64,000 bases of DNA, taken from an uncultured Bacilli bacterium (GTDB lineage: Bacteria; Bacillota_I; Bacilli_A; RFN20; CAG-288). Each line of letters starts with the position of its first letter. The first letter of the stretch is position 1. Position numbers and translations under genes: made by a program. The notes beneath the pieces are model-generated. The model made no database searches and was not told where the DNA came from. It saw nothing but the letters and a program-made list of their open reading frames with translations. Of this stretch, positions 56,086-64,000 are shown one piece after another. The stretch is from NCBI GenBank assembly GCA_934725685.1, contig CAKVBX010000003.1, positions 4,779-68,778 of the forward strand, in the 5' to 3' direction.

Positions 56086-56142
56086 AAAAACTAGGCCTCC
56101 TATATACTTAAGTATATAGCAAAACTTGCCTTTTTTTAAGGA

Positions 56143-57309
56143 CTAGTTCACTTTAAAGGGAGAAAAACTGAGAGAATTGAGTTCCCGGGCCTTCTTTTCC
56201 GAATAACGGAAGAGTTTCATGGTCTTTTCGAGGGAATAGGAGAAGGACATGGTCAGCATGATGATGAAGAGAAAGGAATTCATGGAGAATGATTCGGTCA
56301 GCGTCATGATGGAAAAAGCGAAGACCGCAGTCGAGAAGATTTCCAAGAGATAGGTGACCACATGGGCCGTAAGAAGATTTTCGCTTCGCTTCCGCATTTC
56401 AAAAAAAGCTTGGATACCTTTCTCCTCTCCGGAGTTTTCAAGGAAGTAACTTTCTCTTAGGGTGCAATACCGGTTGAGAGCGTTCCGTTCATCCTGTAAC
56501 GGAAGCCGCAGAAGGAAGAAGAGAAATGCAACGAGAAGAAGGAAAGAAAAGAAATAGGAGTTGAGAACTAGCATCACGGTGAGACCGATGCAGAACACCG
56601 CATAGGACAGGGTATCCGAAGCACATTTGACCGTGTCCGTAATCAGCGTGTAAAGATGAAAGTAGTCTTTCTGGAAACCCAGTCGCCCACCGGACCGAAG
56701 CAGAAGATCTTTTTCCAGTCGGTGCCTTGTCATGATATTGAACAGATTCTGAAGCAGGATACCGAGGGCAAGAGCGACAGCGGATATCACACAAAAGACA
56801 AAGGCATTCGTCGAGGAAGTGAAAACCAGAAGACCGGCAAGGGAGAGTGCCTGAAAAAGAAAACACAGGCAATAGATAAGAATCTCCCGTTTTCTGAGGA
56901 TGGAAACACGGCCACATTTTTCCTTCTTCCCTTTTGAAACAAACGCCATCATGTTGCCGGTGAAGAAGGTAAGAAATTCTCCGAGAGAGATACTCATTTC
57001 TCCAAAGGCCGGATCTTTAAGATACACACGATTCTTCGTGATGTTCTCCACGATGACAAAATGAAGCTGTTTTCCTTCGAATACCTGACAGATGAGAGGA
57101 AACATGTTAGAAGATATACTCCTGATATCATCAACATGAAAGGATTTATAATAAATGCCATGCCGTATCAATTCCTCTTTCATCTCCAAAAAACTCTGAC
57201 ATGATGACTGAAGTCGTACCATATAGAATCCTTTGTCATGATTCATTTTTGCCAAAAGATTCCGTACCACACATTTTCCGCAGTCTCGCTCTTCGCTCTG
57301 TAATAGCAT
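56143..57309 (-). CDS. C39 peptidase domain fused to an ABC-exporter-like membrane domain, with no nucleotide-binding domain
   Basis: LLQSEERDCGKC..., QLHFVIV..., KDPAFGE (Gln/Cys/His/Asp of C39 all present), followed by ~6 TM segments. The ORF ends at 56143 with ybeY-cdd next. The start is ATG 57309 (GGAGG 8 nt upstream) or the in-frame ATG 57324. Confidence 0.7.
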   Translation of the reverse strand: MLLQSEERDCGKCVVRNLLAKMNHDKGFYMVRLQSSCQSFLEMKEELIRHGIYYKSFHVDDIRSISSNMFPLICQVFEGKQLHFVIVENITKNRVYLKDPAFGEMSISLGEFLTFFTGNMMAFVSKGKKEKCGRVSILRKREILIYCLCFLFQALSLAGLLVFTSSTNAFVFCVISAVALALGILLQNLFNIMTRHRLEKDLLLRSGGRLGFQKDYFHLYTLITDTVKCASDTLSYAVFCIGLTVMLVLNSYFFSFLLLVAFLFFLLRLPLQDERNALNRYCTLRESYFLENSGEEKGIQAFFEMRKRSENLLTAHVVTYLLEIFSTAVFAFSIMTLTESFSMNSFLFIIMLTMSFSYSLEKTMKLFRYSEKKARELNSLSFSPFKVN

Positions 57310-57360
57310 AGAAAAAGCCTCCATACCTGATATATAGGCAAAAAGGCGATCATGTTCGAA

Positions 57361-58347
57361 TTATCTTAAATCAAAATCGTGAATGACCACTTCCTCCACA
57401 ATATCTCCGAGCGCTTTGAAGAGACGGTCCTTCGTCTGAGCAAGCAGTCGGCCTTTATAAAGGAAGGAATAGACGTGCTGAGAAGAGGAAAAACTAAGAT
57501 AGGTGATTTTTCCCTCTTTCTTTCTCGACTCGAAGAGCGGAAGCAAATACTTCACTACATTTTCTTCCTCGAGGAACGGCATCTCATCGATATCCTCAAT
57601 CAGTAGGACCTCGCTATTCATGGCAATCCGATAATCATTTACCGTTACTGCGTAAGCACCACCCTTTCGGAACAGGTGCATGAAAAGCATGGAATTAATA
57701 TAGGAAACCTTTTTTTCAGCTTTCGCATAGTGATAACCGATGAGACGGAGAAGCGAACCTGAGAGATGTTTTCCTCCTTCCGGAGTCGTAAAGGCATAAC
57801 CTTTTCTCCTTCCTTTTCCATCCTCTTCAATATCCTTCAGAGCATAGAGAAATACTTTGGATAATCCCTGCTGTTTCCGGATGTTGTCTCCGCTTAATAG
57901 AGAGGAAAGCAGGGTGTTACTATCCGAATAAAGAAGGTTTGGCGTACAATCGCAGGGATCGATGCGGGAGAGAATACTGTCCACTTCCACAAGGTAAGGA
58001 CAGGCCGTTTCCGCATAACGGATCCGGTCATCATACTTTTCATAAAAAGGGCTCAGGTGATACCCTTGTTTCTTTCTCGGGCATTCAAACAGGGATCCGG
58101 TGCATTTTGCGCACTTCTTTCTATCGGCAAGATAGGCGTAAACCTCGCCTAACGAGCGGTCCAAGGTCTCTTCCGTCTTGATGAGAGGGCGGATTTTCCC
58201 TAAGGCGCCGACATCCTGTTTCAGCATCAGGGACACCCGTTCCCTCAGCCTGGAAAGATCATCCTTATTCATCGCTAGGGGAACCGATGACTGGGAAACA
58301 AGAATCGTCCCTTCGTCGTTTCCGTTCTTGAATGTCGTTTCCTTCAT
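57361..58347 (-). CDS. DnaI-like helicase loader with a degenerate Walker A
   Basis: Overlaps the dnaB-like gene (ATGA). Zinc-type CAKC...C...H N-terminal domain; LLIEDID Walker-B-like motif; TTPEGGKHLSG where GxxGxGK[ST] is expected. Confidence 0.55.
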   Translation of the reverse strand: MKETTFKNGNDEGTILVSQSSVPLAMNKDDLSRLRERVSLMLKQDVGALGKIRPLIKTEETLDRSLGEVYAYLADRKKCAKCTGSLFECPRKKQGYHLSPFYEKYDDRIRYAETACPYLVEVDSILSRIDPCDCTPNLLYSDSNTLLSSLLSGDNIRKQQGLSKVFLYALKDIEEDGKGRRKGYAFTTPEGGKHLSGSLLRLIGYHYAKAEKKVSYINSMLFMHLFRKGGAYAVTVNDYRIAMNSEVLLIEDIDEMPFLEEENVVKYLLPLFESRKKEGKITYLSFSSSQHVYSFLYKGRLLAQTKDRLFKALGDIVEEVVIHDFDLR

Positions 58348-59585
58348 AATTTCACCTTTCCTAACAAAGAAGTCAGATCATCCTTGGTGATTTCCTTTTC
58401 CTCTTCCACCGCTTCTTCCGTTTTCTCTTCCTTGACTTTTTTCGGCCGATTGGTCTTTTTGCTGTTTGCTACAGTGAAGTCCCGGGTCTTCAAACGGACA
58501 AGGGCATCATAACAATCCTGTACCCCATTGGCAGAAAGAGAATACGCCACCTTCTCAATAAGAAGAGAATTGAATTCTTTGTCCGTCTTCTTCAGGCAGT
58601 AGTCAAGAATGACATTGATGACTCCGTTGTCGAATCCGAAATTAGAGCGAAGTTTCTCCACTTCCTTCATCATGAAATCACTCGGTTCCGCATGAAAGAA
58701 TGCCTGTAGATATTCCTTCGGAGTCGCACTTTGGAAAAGGCGGACCATGCTGGAAGCATTTTCTTTGCCGAGTGAAGCTTTTTCCTTGGCGATATCATCA
58801 TTCCTCACATAGTGATTGAGATTACGAACCTGTTTTTGGAACTTGTCAAAATAGAATTTCAGATCACTGTCGAAGCAGGATTCAATCAGCTGAAATGCCG
58901 TCTTTTCATCGATACCGTAAAGCTTGGAGCAATCAATGATTTCTTTCTCATAGGGCTCGATTGCGGTAAAGGGAAGAGAAGCGGTAACATAGTCCTCGAA
59001 GAGTTTGGCATCGAAGTGGCTGATTTCCTTATACCGCTTGGACTCTACGCCTTCGGACTTTTTCAGATCCTCTTCCGTAAGAGCCACGGAAAACACATCG
59101 GAAAAACGTTCCGAGACATTCTGATAACCCGCTTCTGTTTCCTTCTCCGGCTTGGAGAAATAGGAAAGCAGACGGAAATATTTCTTCCGGGAAACATTTT
59201 GGAGGAGGAGATTCTTTAGAATGGGATCATCGAAGAACTTTCTCGGACTCGCAGGAGGAAGAAGGCGGTAATGATAGAAAGCCTTCGTGCCGTTCTCATC
59301 GGTTTTCTCTTTGCGGTAGGTTTCAAGAAGACCGATGCCCTCCAGCTTCCGTCTCGCTTTCAAAAACAGAGAAACATCCATTCCAAGCAAAGAAAGAAAG
59401 TCCTCATGCAGAATCATTCCTTCCCCGGAATAGAATTTGCTGTTATCGAAAAGGACCTGATAAAGCAGATGGCCGTCTCCTTTCACAATCGGAAGATAAA
59501 GGAGAGACAAGACGGAAAAATCAGTATCCGATAAGGAAAAATCAGCCTGCACGCTGAACGAGGAGAGAGGTTCAATAATGTTCAT
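58344..59585 (-). CDS. Replication initiation and membrane attachment protein (B. subtilis DnaB / DnaD-domain family)
   Basis: 413 aa. N-terminal ...LSDTDFSVLSLLYLPIVKGDGHLLYQVL... is typical of DnaB/DnaD-like primosome proteins. Followed by a dnaI-like gene. Confidence 0.7.
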   Translation of the reverse strand: MNIIEPLSSFSVQADFSLSDTDFSVLSLLYLPIVKGDGHLLYQVLFDNSKFYSGEGMILHEDFLSLLGMDVSLFLKARRKLEGIGLLETYRKEKTDENGTKAFYHYRLLPPASPRKFFDDPILKNLLLQNVSRKKYFRLLSYFSKPEKETEAGYQNVSERFSDVFSVALTEEDLKKSEGVESKRYKEISHFDAKLFEDYVTASLPFTAIEPYEKEIIDCSKLYGIDEKTAFQLIESCFDSDLKFYFDKFQKQVRNLNHYVRNDDIAKEKASLGKENASSMVRLFQSATPKEYLQAFFHAEPSDFMMKEVEKLRSNFGFDNGVINVILDYCLKKTDKEFNSLLIEKVAYSLSANGVQDCYDALVRLKTRDFTVANSKKTNRPKKVKEEKTEEAVEEEKEITKDDLTSLLGKVKL

Positions 59586-59591
59586 ACCTCA

Positions 59592-59600
59592 ATTATACCA
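59592..59600 (-). promoter_or_regulatory. Extended -10 element TGGTATAAT, 6 nt before the ATG at 59585
   Basis: Minus strand ctttcttTGGTATAATtgaggtATGaac. Confidence 0.45.
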
Positions 59601-59643
59601 AAGAAAGCACTTCATTGCTGTCACAAGGAGTAGAAAACTCACT

Positions 59644-59671
59644 TTCAATTCCAGTATGCAATTGGTAAAAT
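59644..59671 (+). promoter_or_regulatory. Candidate pyk promoter: TTCAAT, 16 nt, TAAAAT with a TG extension
   Basis: TTCAAT at 59644-59649, TGG at 59663-59665, TAAAAT at 59666-59671. Confidence 0.4.
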
Positions 59672-59724
59672 ATACAGGTATCCTTAAACCTATTTATATT
59701 TTCTAACCAACGGAGGTACCACCG

Positions 59725-61203
59725 ATGAACTATCGGATAGACAAGAAAACCAAAATTGTCTGCACTATTGGCCCTGCAAGTCAGGACAAGGAAATGATGC
59801 GGAAATTGCTCGCTTCAGGTATGACCTGTATGAGAATGAACTTCTCCCACGGAAGCCATGAAGAGCATCTGGAAAAGATTCAGACTCTGAGAGAACTCGA
59901 AAAAGAGGAAGACCTCATCATTCCAATCTGCCTCGACACCAAAGGACCTGAGATCCGTACCGGACTCTTCGAGGGAGGCTCTGCCGAATTCCACAAAGGC
60001 GAGACAACCCGGATTTATATGGGCACGGAAAAAACAGGAACCGAGAAAGCCTTCGGTGTCACCTATAAGAATCTCTATCACGACTGCACCATCGGAAGTG
60101 TCATCCGTCTCGATGACGGGAACCTCGAACTTATCGTCGAAGGAAAAGACGAAGAGAAGAAAGAACTCATTTGCCGCATCGGTAACGACCATGTCTGCAA
60201 AGACCGGCGCGGCGTCAACTGCCCTGGTGTCCATTTGACGATGCCCTACCTTTCCGAACAAGATAAGAACGACCTTATCTTCGGATGTGAAGAACATGTC
60301 GACCTCGTCTCTGCGTCGTTTGTCAGAAGCGTCCAGGACATCAAGGACATGAGAACACTGCTCGATTCCCACGGCGGAAGGAACATTCTCATTATCTCCA
60401 AGATTGAAAATACCGAGGCCATCGAAAACCTCGACAGCATCATTCGTGCCAGTGACGGCATCATGGTCGCCAGAGGCGATCTCGGTGTCGAAATCCCGGC
60501 CGAACAGGTTCCGACCTATCAGCGCTACATGATCGAAACCTGCCGTAAATATGGCAAGCCCGTCATCACGGCAACGCAGATGCTCGATTCCATGATCCAC
60601 AATCCCTATCCGACGAGAGCGGAAGTCAGCGACGTCTCCTGGGCCATCGACCAGGGAAGCGACGCCGTCATGCTCTCCGGAGAAAGTGCCAGCGGACAGT
60701 ATCCGGTCGAATCTGTGGAAATGCAGGCCAAGATTGCAAGAGAAGTCGAAAAGCACTTCAACTACGAGCTCTCCTCCCATCAGGCCTTTGAGACTTCGAA
60801 CAAGAAAGTCAATGACGCCATCGCCGCTGCCGTCTCCGACACTGCCATCCTGATCAACGCCAAGCTCATCATCTGCTTCTCCGTCTCCGGTCAGACCGGT
60901 GTCCGCATCGCCAAAACGAGACCGATTTGCCCTGTTTTCGTCGTCTCCTCGGATTTCGACGCCCTCACCCACACCATGCTCTATTATGCCTGTTATCCTT
61001 ACCACACGAAAAAAGTTCCGCAGTTCACGGAAGAGATGGAAGTTCTGGCCCTGAAGATTGCAAGGGATTACGGAATACCGGCAGGAAGCCATATCATCAT
61101 GACCGGCGGCACCCCCGTCGGAGCGGGGAAGACCAACTTCATGAAGGTGCTCACAGTCCATGACCTGGACAGCAAGTCATACACGGAGGAAGATGACGAA
61201 TGA
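59725..61203 (+). CDS. pyk: Pyruvate kinase
   Basis: 492 aa. KTKIVCTIGPAS, MRMNFSHG, KIENTEAIENLD, MVARGDLGVEIP. Confidence 0.95.
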   Translation: MNYRIDKKTKIVCTIGPASQDKEMMRKLLASGMTCMRMNFSHGSHEEHLEKIQTLRELEKEEDLIIPICLDTKGPEIRTGLFEGGSAEFHKGETTRIYMGTEKTGTEKAFGVTYKNLYHDCTIGSVIRLDDGNLELIVEGKDEEKKELICRIGNDHVCKDRRGVNCPGVHLTMPYLSEQDKNDLIFGCEEHVDLVSASFVRSVQDIKDMRTLLDSHGGRNILIISKIENTEAIENLDSIIRASDGIMVARGDLGVEIPAEQVPTYQRYMIETCRKYGKPVITATQMLDSMIHNPYPTRAEVSDVSWAIDQGSDAVMLSGESASGQYPVESVEMQAKIAREVEKHFNYELSSHQAFETSNKKVNDAIAAAVSDTAILINAKLIICFSVSGQTGVRIAKTRPICPVFVVSSDFDALTHTMLYYACYPYHTKKVPQFTEEMEVLALKIARDYGIPAGSHIIMTGGTPVGAGKTNFMKVLTVHDLDSKSYTEEDDE

Positions 61204-62078
61204 CAGACAGAATTATTTCAATCGATTGCGGCGGAACCAATCTTCGCGTCGCGGTGATGGATAGGGAACTCAACATTCTCGCTGTGAGAATCGTACCCTC
61301 CATCAAGAACGATCCGAAAAAGCTTTATGACACCATGAAGGCTCTTATTCATGAGGTCATGGAAGAGAACGGACTCGAAAAAGCCGAATCCATCGGCATG
61401 TCAATGTGCGGTGTCGTCGAAAACAACAAGGTTGGAAGAGTCGGAAATCTCGGCATCGATTTCTTTGATTTCGAATCCCTTTTTCAGAGAGATTTTCCTG
61501 GTGCTAAGCTTTACTTCGCCAATGACGCCAACTGCTCTGCCTTGGTCGAAGCGGAATATGGTGCCAACAAAGGTGCAAGAAATTCGGTCTTTGTTACGAT
61601 TTCCACCGGTATTGGCATCGGTGTCATCCACAACGGGGAGATGATTGATCTTCCTTTGGAAGGCGGAAGACTTCTCACTGAATATCAGGGGACGAAGTAT
61701 GAGACGGAATATCTCCTTTCCGGCAACGGCATCGTCCACCTCGCTGAGCTCAACAACATCCATGTCGATAGTGCCTATGACTTCTTCACCCGTCTGAGAA
61801 CGGGAGAGGAAGCGATGAAGAAGCTCTATGAAATCTGGATCGATAAACTCGCCCTATGGTTTGCGAATCTCCAGTTGCTCTTCAATGCGGAGTCCTATGC
61901 CGTCTCCGGCGGTGTTATGAAGAGCAAAGACCTCTTCTTCGAGGATCTGGCGAAAAGAGCCAACGCCTATATCGCTAATTGGAACTTTAAGCCCATCGTC
62001 CTCAACTATGCGGCCTTCACCCAGGATGTCGGTCTCGCCGGCGGCGCAGCTCTTGCGTGGCACGCCTTAAAGAAGTAG
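61200..62078 (+). CDS. ROK-family sugar kinase (glucokinase-like)
   Basis: ISIDCGGTNLRVAVMD ATP-binding N-terminus and ...FANDANCSALVE... ATGA overlap with pyk. Confidence 0.75.
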   Translation: MTDRIISIDCGGTNLRVAVMDRELNILAVRIVPSIKNDPKKLYDTMKALIHEVMEENGLEKAESIGMSMCGVVENNKVGRVGNLGIDFFDFESLFQRDFPGAKLYFANDANCSALVEAEYGANKGARNSVFVTISTGIGIGVIHNGEMIDLPLEGGRLLTEYQGTKYETEYLLSGNGIVHLAELNNIHVDSAYDFFTRLRTGEEAMKKLYEIWIDKLALWFANLQLLFNAESYAVSGGVMKSKDLFFEDLAKRANAYIANWNFKPIVLNYAAFTQDVGLAGGAALAWHALKK

Positions 62079-62123
62079 AATAGTTAGACTTAATCGTAGA
62101 TTAAGATATTGAAAGGTACTGAA

Positions 62124-64000
62124 ATGAAAATCATTTTACCGGATCATTCCGAAAAAGAAATCAAAGACGGCTCCACCGCCTTGGAAGCATGCAAAAGCAT
62201 CTCCCTCTCCCTCGCCGAAAAGGCAATCTGTGCGAAAGTCAATGGGGAGCTGTTCGATCTGAACTCTGTCCTTCCTGAAAGCTGCACGTTCGAAGCCATC
62301 ACGAAATCTTCTCCGGAGGCCCTTCACGTTCTCCGCCATTCCGCTGCCCATCTTATGGCCGAAGCCATCCAGCATCTCTATCCTGGTGTCCAGTTCGCCT
62401 ATGGACCTGCTACCGAAGATGGATTCTACTATGATATGAAGCTCCCAAAGCCGATTTCCGAGGCGGACTTCGGAAAAATCGAAGTTGAGATGAAGAAAAT
62501 CATCTCCGAAAAGCAGGCCATCGTCAGAAAAGAAGTCACCACCGAAGAAGCCGAGAAGCTCTTCGCCGACCAAAAATATAAACTCATCCACATCCATGAG
62601 CTCGCCGACAAGGGAGCCAAACTCTCGGTCTATGAACAGGGTGACTTCCGCGATCTCTGCCTTGGGCCCCATATGAAGAACACCAAGGAAATCAAGGCAA
62701 TCAAAATCATGTCCACTTCTTCCTGTTATTTCCAGGGGAACAAGGAAAACGATTCTTTGACCAGAATCTATGGTACCGCTTTCTTCTCCCAGGCCGACCT
62801 CGATGCCTATCTTAAGCTTTTGGAGGAGAGAAAGGAAGCTGACCACAAACGTCTCGGTAGTCAACTCGGACTCTTCATGTTCTCAGACTACGGCCCGGGT
62901 CTTCCTTTCTGGCTTCCGAACGGCATGATTATCCGCCACGAGCTCGAGAACTTCCTCTGGGACCTTCTCACCAAGGAATATGGTTACACCTTCCTCAAGA
63001 CTCCGCAGATGCTCTCCAGAGAGCTTTGGGAGACTTCCGGCCACTGGAAGAAGTACAAGGAAAACATGTACATTACCAAGGTCGACGGCAAGCCTTATGC
63101 CATCAAGCCGATGAACTGCCCCGGTGCCATCCTTGTCTACCAGAACAGCATCCACTCCTATCGTGACCTTCCAATCCGTTATGCCGAATTCGGTCTCGAT
63201 CATCGTCATGAGGCCAGCGGCGCCCTCAATGGTCTCTTCCGTGTCCGTGCCTTCACACAGGATGACGCCCATATCCTTCTCGCCTTCGATCAGATCGGCG
63301 ATGAAATCCGTAAGATGATCCGTATGTTCGGTTATGTCTACAAGACTTTTGGTCTTTCCTATTCTGTCGAACTCTCCACCCGTCCGGACAAGTTTGTCGG
63401 AAAAATCTCGACCTGGGACAAAGCCGAAGCTGAACTCAAGGCTTGCCTTGAGGAAAACAACCTTCCTTATGAAGTCAATGAGGGCGACGGCGCCTTCTAC
63501 GGCCCGAAGCTCGACTTCAAGATCAAGGACTCCCTCAACCGTGTCTGGCAGTGCGGTACCATCCAGCTCGATATGCAGCTTCCGCATCGTTTCGGTCTCA
63601 CCTATGTCGACAAAGATGGCAAGACCAAGGAACCGGTCATGCTGCACCGTGCCATCTTCGGCTCCTTCGAAAGATTCCTCGGCATCATCACCGAGAACTT
63701 CCGTGGTGCCTTCCCAACATGGCTGCATCCGGAACAGGTCCGCATCATCCCAGTCAACAGCGATGAAAAGGTTGTCTCCCTCGCCAAGGATCTCAACAAG
63801 AAGCTCCTCAAGAAGGACATCAGAACCAAGATTGATGACCGCAACGAAAAGCTTTCCTATAAGATCCATGATTCTCAGGTCATGAAGGTTCCATATACGA
63901 TTGTTCTCGGACCCAAGGAAGCCGAATCCGGTGAGATTACGTACCGTCTCTATCATGAAACCGAATCCAGAACCGTCTTTGAAAAGGATTTCATCAAAAT
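62124..64000 (+). CDS. thrS: Threonine--tRNA ligase, 3' end outside the window
   Basis: Not in the ORF track because it has no stop inside the window. My translation from ATG 62124 (GAAAGG SD) gives MKIILPDHSEKEIKDGSTALEAC..., HSAAHLMAEAI, KPMNCPGAI, FRVRAFTQDDAHI, GAFYGPKLDF, HRAIFGSFERF. It stays open to nt 64000. Confidence 0.93.
   Translation, partial: MKIILPDHSEKEIKDGSTALEACKSISLSLAEKAICAKVNGELFDLNSVLPESCTFEAITKSSPEALHVLRHSAAHLMAEAIQHLYPGVQFAYGPATEDGFYYDMKLPKPISEADFGKIEVEMKKIISEKQAIVRKEVTTEEAEKLFADQKYKLIHIHELADKGAKLSVYEQGDFRDLCLGPHMKNTKEIKAIKIMSTSSCYFQGNKENDSLTRIYGTAFFSQADLDAYLKLLEERKEADHKRLGSQLGLFMFSDYGPGLPFWLPNGMIIRHELENFLWDLLTKEYGYTFLKTPQMLSRELWETSGHWKKYKENMYITKVDGKPYAIKPMNCPGAILVYQNSIHSYRDLPIRYAEFGLDHRHEASGALNGLFRVRAFTQDDAHILLAFDQIGDEIRKMIRMFGYVYKTFGLSYSVELSTRPDKFVGKISTWDKAEAELKACLEENNLPYEVNEGDGAFYGPKLDFKIKDSLNRVWQCGTIQLDMQLPHRFGLTYVDKDGKTKEPVMLHRAIFGSFERFLGIITENFRGAFPTWLHPEQVRIIPVNSDEKVVSLAKDLNKKLLKKDIRTKIDDRNEKLSYKIHDSQVMKVPYTIVLGPKEAESGEITYRLYHETESRTVFEKDFIK

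Noticed and set aside
59815-61161. 448-aa minus-strand ORF
   Set aside because: It is antisense to pyruvate kinase and is a typical shadow ORF with no SD or recognisable motif.
62136-63956. Track ORFs 62136-62864 (-), 62883-63956 (-) and others, the only ORFs listed for the last 1.9 kb
   Set aside because: They are antisense shadows of thrS. The plus-strand frame from ATG 62124 is open to the window end and carries unmistakable ThrRS motifs. It is missing from the track only because it has no stop inside the window.

Overview
Mostly housekeeping chromosome from a Bacillota-type bacterium using the standard genetic code (TGA, TAA and TAG all end clear genes). Gene order matches Bacillus subtilis blocks: yqhY-nusB-xseAB-dxs-recN, xerD-deoB, yqeH-nadD/yqeK-rsfS, parEC, apt-rel-hisS-aspS, dnaG-sigA-trmK-yqfO, glyQS-recO-era-cdd-ybeY, dnaB-dnaI and thrS. 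I call about 60 protein genes, one tRNA-His, one probable pseudogene, and several promoters and terminators read by eye. I saw no rRNA, CRISPR array, IS element or prophage. Two genes run off the window edges and are missing or truncated in the ORF track: a VWA-like gene at nt 2-454 and thrS at 62124-64000, where the track lists only antisense shadow ORFs. Main second-look items: (1) A ~300-nt, ~96% identical direct repeat of the sigA leader and first 9 codons drives an 82-aa stand-alone sigma-region-4 mini-protein. It is translationally coupled to trmK, 1.2 kb upstream of full-length sigA, and a further sigma70 paralogue lies just downstream. (2) A dif-like Xer site at 25119-25146 sits where gene orientation converges, inside a ~500-bp very AT-rich island full of AGTACT/ACTAAT-type repeats, 1.5 kb from xerD. 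This is probably the replication terminus. (3) Several unusual gene architectures: a C39 peptidase plus membrane domain with no ATPase, a YbeY-Cdd fusion, a degenerate NadD-like domain fused to YqeK, a DnaI-like loader without a P-loop, ParC ending in a QLSLF clamp-type motif, and EF-P with a non-lysine loop tip. (4) Recurrent -10 box, 6 nt, ATG geometry suggests leaderless mRNAs, and an 18-19-bp palindrome is shared in front of two operons. All identities and motif matches are by-eye estimates. No database search was possible.
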